DNA of 64,000 nucleotides from Chloroflexota bacterium (GCA_027593235.1 JAQCIU010000001.1:103132-167131); one strand, 5' to 3'; shown: positions 35,142 through 45,198, counted from the first letter of the stretch. Notes: a model not told the origin generated them from the letters alone. Numbers and translations are program-made.

Positions 35142-36380
35142 GTGCTGACCCGGCCGTTCCTCACGCTCGCCTTCGCGATGTTCGCGGCCACCATGGGCAT
35201 CGGCATGGTGACGCCGATCCTGCCGGTCTACGCGGAGTCACAGGGCGCCTCCGGAGCGGAGATCGGGCTGGCGTTCTCCAGCTTCGCGATCACCCAGCTC
35301 ATGATCAGCCCCTTCAGCGGGCGATTGGCCGATCGCTACGGTCGGAAGATCTTCATCGTCGCGGGGCTCGCCTCATACGTGGTCACGGCGCTGGGTTGGT
35401 ACTACACGGACACCGTGTACTGGACGATCGCCTTCCGCGCGTTCTCCGGCATCGGATCCGCGGTGATCTTCTCGCTGTCGCAGGCCTACATCGGCGACCT
35501 CGCGCCTTCCGGCCGCGAAGGCCGCTACATGGGCACCTTCGGCGTGTTCATGTCGGTCGGCTTCGGGATCGGTCCGCTGCTGGCCGGCGTGATCCGGGAC
35601 CAGTGGGACATCCAGACGGTCTTCGTCAGCATGGCGCTGATGTTCGCGGCGGCGACGGTGTTCGTCGCCTTCGCGTTGCCCCGCTCGCACCGCGCGCGCC
35701 GCGGCGACGCGAACTCGCCGCCGCAGGTCCCCTGGGGGACGATCCTCCGCCATCCCTACGTACAGGCGCTCTACCTCGTCGGCACCTCGCTCTCGTTCGC
35801 CATGGGCGCGAGCTTCACCTTCGTCGCCATCTTCCTCGAGAACGAACTCGCCGCCACCGCGACGATGGTCGGCGCGGTGCTCGCGGTGCAGCAGGTCACC
35901 GGCGGCGCAATGCAACCCCTCTCCGGGCTGCTCGCCGACCGCTTCAACCGCCGCTATCTGATTGTGGTCGGCGCCGTCCTCGTCGCCGCCGGCTACCTGC
36001 TCGCCGCGGTGGTCGGCGCGTACTGGATGATCATCCTCGGCTTCATGCTCGGCGTGGGCGTCGGCAGCTCGATCTCTCAGGTGGCCACCCAGGCGCTGCA
36101 GGTGGACATCGGCCGAGGGCTCGGCATGGCGACGGTGATGAGCCTGCAATCGACCTCGTTCGGCTCGGGCATCCTGCTGGGGTCGATGCTGACGGGCGTC
36201 GTGAACGACCAGATCGGGACACGTGCGGTGTTTGTCACCGCCTCGATCGTCATCCTCGCCGGGGCCTCGGCGTTCCTGCTGCGCACTGCCGGGCGGCCGA
36301 TCGAGCGTTTCGCGGTCGCCACCGCCGAGGGCAATGACGCTCACGAGGGTGGCGAGCACGCGGAGGCCGCCAGCGGGTAG
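35142..36380 (+). CDS. MFS transporter (drug/H+ antiporter-like)
   Basis: The product has 12 TM helices and the motif-A-like sequence GRLADRYGRK. Confidence 0.85.
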   Translation: MLTRPFLTLAFAMFAATMGIGMVTPILPVYAESQGASGAEIGLAFSSFAITQLMISPFSGRLADRYGRKIFIVAGLASYVVTALGWYYTDTVYWTIAFRAFSGIGSAVIFSLSQAYIGDLAPSGREGRYMGTFGVFMSVGFGIGPLLAGVIRDQWDIQTVFVSMALMFAAATVFVAFALPRSHRARRGDANSPPQVPWGTILRHPYVQALYLVGTSLSFAMGASFTFVAIFLENELAATATMVGAVLAVQQVTGGAMQPLSGLLADRFNRRYLIVVGAVLVAAGYLLAAVVGAYWMIILGFMLGVGVGSSISQVATQALQVDIGRGLGMATVMSLQSTSFGSGILLGSMLTGVVNDQIGTRAVFVTASIVILAGASAFLLRTAGRPIERFAVATAEGNDAHEGGEHAEAASG

Positions 36381-36482
36381 GCCCCGCCCCTTACCTTGTT
36401 CGCGATCGCCGGCTGGACCGTGGCTGGGGGTCAGATCCGGCAGCGCCGGCATGGCTCATTGCCCCCTGTTCGTTCGAGGACC

Positions 36483-37857
36483 TGGGGGGTGTTGCCACCG
36501 GCGATGCTGGGTGCCATGGACCGCTGATGGGGACCGGCGCCGCGAGCGCTCGTTCGTAAGGTGGATGTCGGCTGAGGCACCCGACCGGATGTCGGACGCG
36601 CACGGTCTCGAGCGGAGGCGGCATGAGGCCGGAAGCGCAGATTGAGGTGTTCATCGGGCTCGATGTCGGGAAGACGGCGCACCACGCCACGCTGATCGAC
36701 CGAAACGGAGAAGTACTCTCCACACGAGCGGCCCGTAATGACCAGGCGGCGCTTGAGGCCCTGCTGCGCTTCGCAGCCGAGCACGGCCCGGCGGCCCTGG
36801 TGCTCGACCAGCCGGGATCGATCGCGGCATTGACCCTCGCCGTCTGCCGGCAGCACGGCGTCCCCGTGGCGTACGTGCCGGGGCTGGTGATGCGGCGGGC
36901 GGCCGACCTCTATCCGGGCGAGGCCAAGACCGATGTCCGCGACAGCTTCGTGCTGGCCGACTTCGCCCGCACCCACCCGGGCAATCTGCGCTGGCTCGAG
37001 GTCACAGACGAGAGACTCGAGGAGCTGCGCCTGCTCTCCGGATACGACGATGACCTCGCCGATGACCGGGTGCGGGTCGTGAACAGGCTGCGTGACCTGC
37101 TCACGAGCCTGCATCCGCCGCTGGAGGCGCTCCTCGGGCCGCGCCTCGACCATCCAGCGGTGCGCGCGCTGCTCAAGCGCTACCCGACACCCTCCGCCCT
37201 GCGCGAGGCCGGCCGCGGGCGCGTCCTGCGCCTGCTCCGACAGCGCGCGCCTCGAATCGCCGAACGCCTGGCCGACGACGTCGTCGTCGTGCTGAACGCT
37301 CAGACGATCACTGTGCCGGCGGAGCCACGGCTCGGGACGATCGTCGCGGAACTGGCGAGTGAACTGGACCGGCTCGACGAACGGAGGGACCGGCTGGCGA
37401 GCGAGATTGAGGCGGTCTTTCGTAGCCATCCGCTGGGACCGATCCTGATCTCGCTGCCCGGCGTGGGGCCAAGGCTGGGCGCCAAGATCCTCGTCGAAGT
37501 CGGTGACGGAACCCGCTTCGCCAGCGGCGCTCAGCTCGCCAGCTACGCCGGCCTGGCGCCAGTCACGCGTCAGTCGGGCACGAGCATCCGTGGCGAGAAG
37601 CGCAGCCGGCGCGGCAACCATCGGCTCAAGAACGCGCTCTTCCTCGCGGCCTTCTGCTCGTTGCGCCATCCCGCTTCGAAGGCCTTCTACGACCGCAAGC
37701 GCCTCCAGGGCAAGAAGCACAACGCCGCCGTGATCTGTCTTGCCCGTCGCCGCTGCGATGTCATCCTCGCCATGCTCAGCACCGCGACCGCGTATGACCC
37801 GCACCACGCCGATCGCACCGCCGTCGCCGCTTGACAACGTCATGGGGACACCCCCCA
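36483..37857 (+). mobile_element. IS110-family insertion sequence (boundaries tentative)
   Basis: A perfect 10-bp inverted repeat, tggggggtgt (36483-36492) and acacccccca (37848-37857), brackets the transposase gene. This leaves a 131-nt 5' non-coding part and a 14-nt tail, about 1375 bp total. IS110 ends are often irregular, so the limits are uncertain. Confidence 0.45.
36623..37834 (+). CDS. IS110 family transposase (DEDD-type)
   Basis: The N-terminus is FIGLDVGKTAHHATLID and the C-terminus is LISLPGVGPRLGAKILVEVGD..RF....LASYAGLAPVTRQSG......R.SRRGNHRLKNALF. Confidence 0.9.
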   Translation: MRPEAQIEVFIGLDVGKTAHHATLIDRNGEVLSTRAARNDQAALEALLRFAAEHGPAALVLDQPGSIAALTLAVCRQHGVPVAYVPGLVMRRAADLYPGEAKTDVRDSFVLADFARTHPGNLRWLEVTDERLEELRLLSGYDDDLADDRVRVVNRLRDLLTSLHPPLEALLGPRLDHPAVRALLKRYPTPSALREAGRGRVLRLLRQRAPRIAERLADDVVVVLNAQTITVPAEPRLGTIVAELASELDRLDERRDRLASEIEAVFRSHPLGPILISLPGVGPRLGAKILVEVGDGTRFASGAQLASYAGLAPVTRQSGTSIRGEKRSRRGNHRLKNALFLAAFCSLRHPASKAFYDRKRLQGKKHNAAVICLARRRCDVILAMLSTATAYDPHHADRTAVAA

Positions 37858-37948
37858 AGACTGGCCGCCAGCGAGCCGGCGCGTGCCTTCCTCCCCCAAC
37901 ACGCCCGCGATGAGTACGATGCGCGTCGCGTATATCGAGGGAGATGCC

Positions 37949-38863
37949 ATGCACACCGAATACGACGTTGGCGAAATCATCGAGGACGAGGGCGCGCTGT
38001 TCACGCCATTCCGGATGGTGGAGAACTACTGGGCGAAGCAGGCTGGCGCGGTCCAGAACGACGAGGTTGCGAAGAAGGTCGGCTTCCAGGGCGGCGTGGT
38101 CCGCGGCGTGGTGCACATCGCGCAGATGCCGCGCGTGCTGCTGGCCGGGTTCGGCCAGGAGTGGTTCGAGCGGGGCGGGGTCGCCTCGATGTTCATCAAG
38201 CCGACGATGCACGGCGACACCGTGCGGATCGGTCTGCAGGAGCCGGAGCTGGGCGGCAAGGCCGAACGCGTCCAGATCTGGGTGGAGCGCGAATCGGACG
38301 GCATGCACCTGGTGAACGGGACCGCCGAGATTGGCGATCCGGCCGGCGGCTCGCTGACGGCGCAGATGATCCTCAACACGGGCGGCGCCGATGAGGTACG
38401 GATCCTGGCGAATCACGTGATCGGCACGATGACCGATCAGATCCCGGTCCGCATCGACAGCGTCGAGCTGGCGAAAGAGCCGAGCGGCCCGATCGCACCG
38501 GAGGCGTGGTTCCGCACGGCGTCGCCGTGGGGCGGTCCGATCGCGAACCCGGCGAACGTGCCGACGGCGGCCGGTCGATCCTCGGGGCAGCTCAACCTCA
38601 GCAGCGAGGGCATCGTTGGGATGCTGGGCGCGCAGGAGGTGAAGCACGTCAAGGGACCGGTGTTCCTCGATCACGACTACGTGAGTCAGAGCGAGCTGGT
38701 GGCGGTGGGGTCCTCGAAGCGGTCGGAGTACGCCTGGTACGAGGCGCGGCTGCTGGAGCCGGACGGCACGCTGATCGCGAAGACCACGACGCAGATGCGC
38801 TTCCTTAAGAAGTCGTCGCCACTGTGGGCGGACGAGTTCCCGGACGACGAAGGCGGCGAATGA
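37949..38863 (+). CDS. MaoC-like/hotdog-fold protein (double hotdog)
   Basis: ATG 37949 follows GAGGGAGA. The hotdog-like segments are weakly recognised. Confidence 0.55.
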   Translation: MHTEYDVGEIIEDEGALFTPFRMVENYWAKQAGAVQNDEVAKKVGFQGGVVRGVVHIAQMPRVLLAGFGQEWFERGGVASMFIKPTMHGDTVRIGLQEPELGGKAERVQIWVERESDGMHLVNGTAEIGDPAGGSLTAQMILNTGGADEVRILANHVIGTMTDQIPVRIDSVELAKEPSGPIAPEAWFRTASPWGGPIANPANVPTAAGRSSGQLNLSSEGIVGMLGAQEVKHVKGPVFLDHDYVSQSELVAVGSSKRSEYAWYEARLLEPDGTLIAKTTTQMRFLKKSSPLWADEFPDDEGGE

Positions 38864-39140
38864 CCGCCAGCGACCTCGAGTGCGGTAGTGACCTCGAGGG
38901 TCGCGGGGCAGCCGTGGCGGCACGCGGGGGTAACCTTCACCACCGCCCGGGCGCTCTCTTAACGTAACGACAGCGCCCCGGGCGAGACTGTTGTCTCGCG
39001 GCTGAGACCGCGATCGGTGGTCGATCGGCCCCAGATGCGGGTGCGATTGCAGATCGCTAGACTGGATCACCCCCCAATACCCGCGTTTGCGCGGGAGAAC
39101 CGGCGCCCCATGCAAGCGTCGGAGCAGGACCGGTTCCCCT

Positions 39141-40229
39141 ATGCCTGATCAGATGACGTCCACCAGCCAGGAAACTGGCGATCTCCACATCGCCAGCACC
39201 GTGCCATTGGCCTCGCCCGCGCAACTGGCGGCGGAGCTACCCACGACCGACGTCCACCGGGCGTCCGTCTCCCGAGGGCGCGCCCAGATCGAGGCGGTGC
39301 TGCGCCAGGACGATCCGCGCTTGATGGTCGTGGTCGGGCCCTGCTCGATCCATGACGAGCGCTCCACGATGGAGTACGCCGAGCGACTCGCCCGCCTGTC
39401 CGAGCAGGTCCAGGACCACCTGCTAGTGGTGATGCGCGTCTACTTCGAGAAGCCACGCACCACCGTTGGGTGGAAGGGGCTGGTCTACGACCCGAACCTG
39501 GACGGCACCTTCGACATCAACGATGGCCTGCGCCGCGCCCGCAAGCTGTTGCTCGATGTGACCGCGATGGGGCTGCCGGCGGGTACCGAGTTCCTCGATC
39601 CGATCGTGCCGCAGTACCTCGCGGACCTCGTTTCCTGGACCGCGATTGGCGCGCGCACGACGGAGAGCCAGACGCATCGCCAGATGGCGAGTGGCCTCTC
39701 GATGCCGGTTGGCTTCAAGAACCGCACGGACGGCAACTCCCAGGTCGCGGTGGACGCGATGGTTGCTGCGCGAGCGCCACACGCATTTCTGGGTATCGAC
39801 CGGGACGGTCGGACCTGCGTCATCAACACAACCGGCAACCCCTATGGCCACCTGGTGCTGCGCGGCGGCACCGGCCAGACGAACTTCGACTCGGCTTCCG
39901 TCGCCGGGGCGCTCGAGGAGCTACGGGCCTCGGGGTCGCGACCGCTGGTGATGGTGGATTGCTCGCACGCCAACTCCGCGAAGGACCACACGCGCCAGTC
40001 GGTCGCGTTCCGCGACGTGATCGAGCAGCGCCGCGCCGGGAGCGATGGGGTCGTCGGGCTGATGCTTGAAAGCCACCTCTTTGCCGGGAACCAGCCGATC
40101 GACGGCGGTGAACTGCGCTACGGCGTGTCGGTCACCGACGCCTGCATCGACTGGAACGAGACCGAGACGCTGTTGAACGAGGCCGCCGAGGCCCTCGCCG
40201 CGGCGCCGGCGGCGCCCGCCGCCGTCTAG
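39141..40229 (+). CDS. aroG: 3-deoxy-7-phosphoheptulonate (DAHP) synthase, class I
   Basis: LMVVVGPCSIHD, VMRVYFEKPRTTVGWKG, GARTTESQTHRQMASG and VDCSHANS are class I DAHP synthase hallmarks. Confidence 0.9.
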   Translation: MPDQMTSTSQETGDLHIASTVPLASPAQLAAELPTTDVHRASVSRGRAQIEAVLRQDDPRLMVVVGPCSIHDERSTMEYAERLARLSEQVQDHLLVVMRVYFEKPRTTVGWKGLVYDPNLDGTFDINDGLRRARKLLLDVTAMGLPAGTEFLDPIVPQYLADLVSWTAIGARTTESQTHRQMASGLSMPVGFKNRTDGNSQVAVDAMVAARAPHAFLGIDRDGRTCVINTTGNPYGHLVLRGGTGQTNFDSASVAGALEELRASGSRPLVMVDCSHANSAKDHTRQSVAFRDVIEQRRAGSDGVVGLMLESHLFAGNQPIDGGELRYGVSVTDACIDWNETETLLNEAAEALAAAPAAPAAV

Positions 40230-40270
40230 GGGTCTTCGACCCTCGGTGACGCTTCGCGCCTCGATGTGAA

Positions 40271-40294
40271 ACGGCCCCGCGTGAGCGGGGCCGT
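40271..40294. terminator. Hairpin between convergent aroG and gpmA (possible bidirectional terminator)
   Basis: acggccccgc (40271-40280) pairs with gcggggccgt (40285-40294), loop gtga, followed by TGTCTTGT. Confidence 0.5.
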
Positions 40295-40327
40295 TGTCTT
40301 GTCCGAGTGCCGACGTGGAGCCGGCGG

Positions 40328-41080
40328 CTACTGGCGGCTGGCTTGCGCGGCGACCGCGGCGGCGGCCGCCGCCGCCGCCTCTTCGCCGCCGAGGTAGCGG
40401 TGCCCGAGGACCTTCATGTCGTCGTCAAACTCGTAGATCAGTGGCATGCCGGTGGGGATGTTGACGTCGGCGATCTCGTCCTGGGAGATCCCGTCGAGGT
40501 GCATCACCAGCGCGCGGATGCTGTTGCCGTGCGCGGCGATCAGGGTGCGGTCACCGGCCTGGACGCAGGGGGAGATCACCTCGTTCCAGTAAGGAAGCAC
40601 GCGCTCCTGCGTCTGCTTCAGGGCCTCGCTGCCGGGGGTGGCCTCGGGCAGTCCGACGGTGGCGTAGCGGCGGTCGAAGCGCGGGTGCGCGGGGTCGCTT
40701 TCGTCGAGGGCCGGCGGCGGAATGTCGAAGCTGCGACGCCAGATGAAGACCTGCTCGTCGCCGTGCTGTTCCGCGGTCTCCACCTTGTTGAGGCCGGCGA
40801 GCGCACCGTAGTGACGCTCGTTGAGCCGCCACGATCGTTCGACCGGGATCCACGCCTGATCCAGTTCGTCGAGGACGATCCAGAGCGTGTGGATGGCGCG
40901 CTTCAGGTAGGAGGTGAATGCGACATCGAACTCGTAGCCCGCCTCGTGGAGCTGGCGACCAGCCTCGTGGGCTTCGGTGCGCCCGGTGTCGGACAGCTCG
41001 ACATCGACCCAGCCGGCGAAGCGGTTCTCGAGGTTCCACTGGCTCTGGCCGTGACGGATCAGGACGACTTCGTGAGGCAT
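40328..41080 (-). CDS. gpmA: 2,3-bisphosphoglycerate-dependent phosphoglycerate mutase
   Basis: [31 protein letters not shown] and [10 protein letters not shown] motifs are present. Confidence 0.9.
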   Translation of the reverse strand: MPHEVVLIRHGQSQWNLENRFAGWVDVELSDTGRTEAHEAGRQLHEAGYEFDVAFTSYLKRAIHTLWIVLDELDQAWIPVERSWRLNERHYGALAGLNKVETAEQHGDEQVFIWRRSFDIPPPALDESDPAHPRFDRRYATVGLPEATPGSEALKQTQERVLPYWNEVISPCVQAGDRTLIAAHGNSIRALVMHLDGISQDEIADVNIPTGMPLIYEFDDDMKVLGHRYLGGEEAAAAAAAAVAAQASRQ

Positions 41081-41234
41081 GGGCGAGCTCCGTTCGCGCG
41101 TCGGCGGGGAGGGTTTCGCTGCGCGTAGTCAGTGTCGCCGGGATTGCACCCGACTGGCAACGCCTCGGAAGGCGTCGATCGACCTGGCCTCGGTCCGCCT
41201 CGGCGCGCCGCGTTCCCGGGAAGTTGCGCGCGGG

Positions 41235-42314
41235 CTAGTTGAGGATGGCGATCGTTGCCAGCAGCTGCTGCTCGTACATGCCGGGCTGGACCAGGTCGTC
41301 GTAGAGCAGTTCCAGCATGTCCCATTCCAGCGGGCTGAGTTCCTGTTCAGCGAAGGCGACCGGCGACATCAGCCGTCCGGAGACGCTCCAATGATCCGAC
41401 CAACCAATCGCGTGGACGAGTTCGTGGCGAATGTTGGTGTCCAGCAGCGGTCGGGAGATCGTCGTGCCGTTCGCCTGGTTGTAGGGAACGAAGATCGCGG
41501 CGTCATCGATCTCGAAGCGGTCGGCCGGGTCGGTGCCGTTGGGGCCGACGGTGTAGAAGTAGCTGGTGCTGGTGTAGGCGCTCCAACTGGGGACCTGCTG
41601 CTGTGCCTGAAGGTTGTCGAGCGCCCAGCTTGGGAATGTCGCCGGGACATTGTTGCGGTCGAAGCCCATGAAGAGGTGAACGTTCGCGACGGCGGGAGAG
41701 GCGGCGTAGCGCCAGGGAATGTCGAGCCGGCTGGTGAACGCGTTCAGTTCGGTTTCGACGGTGGCGATATCCGCGGCGGTGCCGGAGTAGACGTAGACCT
41801 CCAGCATCTTCGCCTCCGGCCAGCGGATCGTGACGCCGATGTTGCTGCCTGCATATTCGGGCCAGCAGCCGGGGCAGGTGGTGACCTGGAAGTTGGGCCG
41901 CAACAGCGTGTCAACGAACGCCTCCCAGGTGGCCGCCGCGTAGCCGGTGGCCGGGACAGGGACGGGCATGGCGATAGGGGCGCCGACGACGGCCAGCACC
42001 GCTGTTCCGGCCTGGAGCGTCCCCTGCGGGAACTGGGCGAGGAAGCTCGCGTTGACGAAGGTTGGCGCGCCGACGAGGTAGCCGACGAGAACGCCGTTCT
42101 GGCTGACCCAGATCGACGCAACCTGCGGTTGCTCGATGCCGAGCGTCTCGACCGATCCGCCTTCCCAGATCGCGATCGCGACGCCCTTGGTGGGCAGAGT
42201 GCCGCCGATCTTCGCCGCGACGACGGCGCCGTCGTCCGCGCTGGCTGGCGTCGCCACGAGGGCCGGCGCAAGCAGCGCGATTGCCAGGAGGAACGCGATA
42301 GATCGCTGCCGCAT
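41235..42314 (-). CDS. Secreted putative zinc metalloprotease (metzincin-like HExxHxxGxxH)
   Basis: The Sec signal is MRQRSIAFLLAIALLAPALVATPASA. HELVHAIGWSDH is followed by a possible Met-turn (GRLMSP). Confidence 0.55.
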   Translation of the reverse strand: MRQRSIAFLLAIALLAPALVATPASADDGAVVAAKIGGTLPTKGVAIAIWEGGSVETLGIEQPQVASIWVSQNGVLVGYLVGAPTFVNASFLAQFPQGTLQAGTAVLAVVGAPIAMPVPVPATGYAAATWEAFVDTLLRPNFQVTTCPGCWPEYAGSNIGVTIRWPEAKMLEVYVYSGTAADIATVETELNAFTSRLDIPWRYAASPAVANVHLFMGFDRNNVPATFPSWALDNLQAQQQVPSWSAYTSTSYFYTVGPNGTDPADRFEIDDAAIFVPYNQANGTTISRPLLDTNIRHELVHAIGWSDHWSVSGRLMSPVAFAEQELSPLEWDMLELLYDDLVQPGMYEQQLLATIAILN

Positions 42315-42529
42315 CTATGACCGCCGATGGCTGAACACCCGCCGCGCGTGAACGCTGGCCGGTGCGGTTTCCTGATTCGGAGCGCGCACCCAGTGTCCGC
42401 TATCCACGCCTCGCGTGCTGCGGTCGCTGGGCTCCTCTTCGATTGTCGGCGCGGAGCCGGGCAGCACGAAGGCCCGCGCCGGGGAGCGCGAGCCTTCGGA
42501 GAGACGGGTGGGCGGTGCCGAACCGCGCG

Positions 42530-43066
42530 CTAGAGCGCCGCCCAGCGCTGGGGCCGGCCGCCGTCGAGCTTGAACCAGCCCTCACCGTCGAGCGCGACGC
42601 GGCCGTTGCCCGTCGCATCGAAGTGGATGCCGACACGGTGGAACTTGATGACCACGTCCGAGCCGCTGATCGAGAACTCGCCGTTCAGGCCTCGGAAGAT
42701 CATGGTGCCGTCGTCGTTGCGCCGGTGGGCGCGGGCGGAGACGCGGATCTCGGCGTCGCCGGCGTTGTCCACGATCGTCACGGAGTAGCCGTGCGCGATG
42801 CCGCTCATCGAGATCCGGCCGGCGAGGGCGACGTTGCCGGTGCCGCGAGCCTCGAGGGTGTGCGACTCGCGGAGTTCGACGCGACCGTCGATGACGCGGT
42901 CGGTGACTCGATCGGTGACGCCGTCACGGACACGGTCCGTCTGGCGGTCGGCGGGGCGATCGGTCGCGAGATCGGTGTCCGCGGAGGCGACGGCGGGTGC
43001 CACGGCCGAGAACAGGATTGTGATGCCGACGGCCGGCAACGCGACAAACTTCTGCCATTGCTTCAT
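42530..43066 (-). CDS. Secreted hypothetical protein with N-terminal TDRx repeats
   Basis: A signal peptide ending AVASA is followed by DTDLATDRPADRQTDRVRDGVTDRVTDRVIDGR, then a beta-rich domain. Confidence 0.5.
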   Translation of the reverse strand: MKQWQKFVALPAVGITILFSAVAPAVASADTDLATDRPADRQTDRVRDGVTDRVTDRVIDGRVELRESHTLEARGTGNVALAGRISMSGIAHGYSVTIVDNAGDAEIRVSARAHRRNDDGTMIFRGLNGEFSISGSDVVIKFHRVGIHFDATGNGRVALDGEGWFKLDGGRPQRWAAL

Positions 43067-43305
43067 CTGGGGGTTCTCCTTCGTCCTGTGAGAGCGATTG
43101 CGAGGACGGAGGCGTCCCCTTCACGCCCTACAACGGACCGAGCGGCCGCGCGTTCTGGTGGAGAACATAAGAATCGGACGCGTCTCGAAGCCCGTCGCGA
43201 CGACGAGGTGCCGCGAAACGACGGTGCGGCCGACCGCGGCGCGTATGAGAGGGCGCGTTGTGGGGCGGCGGCTGCAGGGCGTCACCCCAGGGAATTGGTG
43301 GTGGG

Positions 43306-45198
43306 CTAGCGGGTGAGGGTGCGCGCCTGCGCGCCGGGGACGCAATCCCAGGCCGCCCAGCGGACGCTGTCGACGCCCTCGATCGTGGCGGGCGTGCACT
43401 CGGCCGCGGCGATCGCCTCGATGTCCTTGAGGATGCCGGTGCGGGCGAGTTGGCGGCCGATCAGCAGGTACGGGACGTCGCCGCCGCGGATCAGGGCGGT
43501 CAGCTCTCCATCCTCGAGGACGGGTACCCGCTGGTAGTTGTTCCAGACGGGGAGGACGGACGCGCCGGTGTAGGCGATCGCCTCGCCGGCGTCGTTGATA
43601 CCGCTGATCGCGAAGCGGTAGCGGGCGTCGGGGAGGACGTCCGCGCCGTGTGCCAGGAGCGCCTCGGCGGGGACGCCGGGCTCGATGTCGGGCGCGGCGA
43701 CGCCGCGCGCGAACTGGAGCGGGTTGGGGCGGGTGATCTGGCCGCTCGGCGGCGCCTCGAGGGTGATCCAGGCGGAGGTGATGAGCATGGCGGCGATCGG
43801 CGCCGCGATCGCGATGCCGTAGGCGACGCGCTGTACGCGCGCCGGGATCGGGAGGCGCGTGGCGAGGATGATGACGCCGACGGCGATCAGTCCGACGCCG
43901 ATCGTGGCGAACGCGGGGACGCGAATCGGCGTGATGAACTGGTAGACACGCACGCCATAAAGCAGAAGCAGCCCGAGGATGGCCGGGCCGACCAGCACCT
44001 GCCAGTCGCGGCGGATGCTGGCGAGGCGCCCGCGAGCACGCCATACCTCGACGAGACCGACGCCCGCGAGGACGGCGATCGCCGGCGCATACGCCTCGTT
44101 GTAGTGGGCGGCCGCGCGGTTGGAGGCGCTGAAGAAGGCGACGCCGGTCAGCAGCCACGCGCCCCAGAAGAGCCCGGGACCATCGAGGATCCAGTCGCGC
44201 CGGCGGAGTGCGACGAGCGCGAGGCCGCCGAGGGCGAGGCAGACTCCGAAGCCGACGAGCCCGGCGTTGTCCTGCCGGATCAGGCGGAACGGGCCGCGGT
44301 CGCCGACGCCGAACGCCTGTCCGGCGTTACCGCCGCCGGTCTGGCCGGGGAGCGGCGTGAAGACGGTAATGTCGCCGGGCAGAACACGCTCCAGGCCGTT
44401 ATAGCGGAGGGCGAGGCCCAACTCGCTGTTCGATTTGTCGTTCATGACGATCGGGCGGCTGTCCTTCGGCGTGAGATCGACAACGGCGATCCACGAGAAG
44501 GAGACGACGGCGCCGACGAGGGCAGCGGCGGCGAGCGGGCGGACCAGGGTGCGCCATTCCTTACGAAAGCCCCAGATGATGTAGAGCAGCGCCGCCGGCA
44601 TCACGATGAAGCCCTCGAAGAACTTCACGTTGAAGAGCACGCCCATCAGCGCGGCCCAGGCGACGATGCGCCAGGGGCGTTTGCCCTCGACGGCGTCGAC
44701 GAGCAGCCATGCGGCGGCGACGAGGCCCATCATCAGCATCGCGTCCATGGTGGAGTCGCGGGCGGTGCCGACGGATTCCGGGAAGACGGCGAGTACGGCG
44801 GCAGCGAGCAGGCCGGCGGCGACGGCGGCACGGGAGCCGCCGACGGCGGTGTAGGAGCGGCGCGCCGCACCGAAGACGAGCGGGACGGCGATGGTTCCGG
44901 CGATCGCGATCGGAGCAATGATCGCGGTGCCGCTAAAGCCGAACAGCTTGGTGGAGATCACCTGCACCCAGAGCGCGACCGGTGGCTTGTCCACGTTGAT
45001 CGTGCCGGCCGGGTCATAGGCGGCGTACAGGAAGTTGTGCCAGGACTCGCCCATCGAGCGAATCGCCGAGGCGTAGAAGAGGTTGCCGAGGCCTGCCCGT
45101 TCGATGTCGATCAGGCGCAGCGCGGCGGCGACAGCGGTGATCAGCGCGAGTGCGAGGACCGTCGCCAGCGTGGCGCGGCGTTCGATGAAGGTGGGCAG
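43306..45198 (-). CDS. Glycosyltransferase family 39 (ArnT/PMT-like) membrane protein; probable non-canonical CTG start
   Basis: The track ORF starts at ATG 45054 (MGESWHNFLYAAYDPAGTINVDKPPVALWV). The frame is open 49 codons further and encodes the expected first TM (PTFIERRATLATVLALALITAVAAALRLIDIERAGLGNLFYASAIRS) with no ATG/GTG/TTG. CTG 45198 lies 6 nt after GGAG. Confidence 0.75.
   Translation of the reverse strand: MPTFIERRATLATVLALALITAVAAALRLIDIERAGLGNLFYASAIRSMGESWHNFLYAAYDPAGTINVDKPPVALWVQVISTKLFGFSGTAIIAPIAIAGTIAVPLVFGAARRSYTAVGGSRAAVAAGLLAAAVLAVFPESVGTARDSTMDAMLMMGLVAAAWLLVDAVEGKRPWRIVAWAALMGVLFNVKFFEGFIVMPAALLYIIWGFRKEWRTLVRPLAAAALVGAVVSFSWIAVVDLTPKDSRPIVMNDKSNSELGLALRYNGLERVLPGDITVFTPLPGQTGGGNAGQAFGVGDRGPFRLIRQDNAGLVGFGVCLALGGLALVALRRRDWILDGPGLFWGAWLLTGVAFFSASNRAAAHYNEAYAPAIAVLAGVGLVEVWRARGRLASIRRDWQVLVGPAILGLLLLYGVRVYQFITPIRVPAFATIGVGLIAVGVIILATRLPIPARVQRVAYGIAIAAPIAAMLITSAWITLEAPPSGQITRPNPLQFARGVAAPDIEPGVPAEALLAHGADVLPDARYRFAISGINDAGEAIAYTGASVLPVWNNYQRVPVLEDGELTALIRGGDVPYLLIGRQLARTGILKDIEAIAAAECTPATIEGVDSVRWAAWDCVPGAQARTLTR

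Noticed and set aside
39068-39077. A third copy of CACCCCCCAA as evidence for a second IS end or a target-site duplication.
   Set aside because: A single 10-mer match in GC-rich DNA is weak evidence. There is no adjacent transposase remnant or matching partner repeat.
36431-39115. An 894-aa ORF on the minus strand. Similar very long antisense or overlapping ORFs include 51609..53615-, 43258..45225+, 33194..35041+, 12605..13729-, 7629..8792-, 16681..18153-, 22357..23976- and 24526..26100-.
   Set aside because: Their translations are Arg/Ala/Pro/Gly-rich low-complexity strings with no motifs. They lie opposite or out of frame to genes with clear family signatures. Long stop-free antisense frames are expected in GC-rich DNA.
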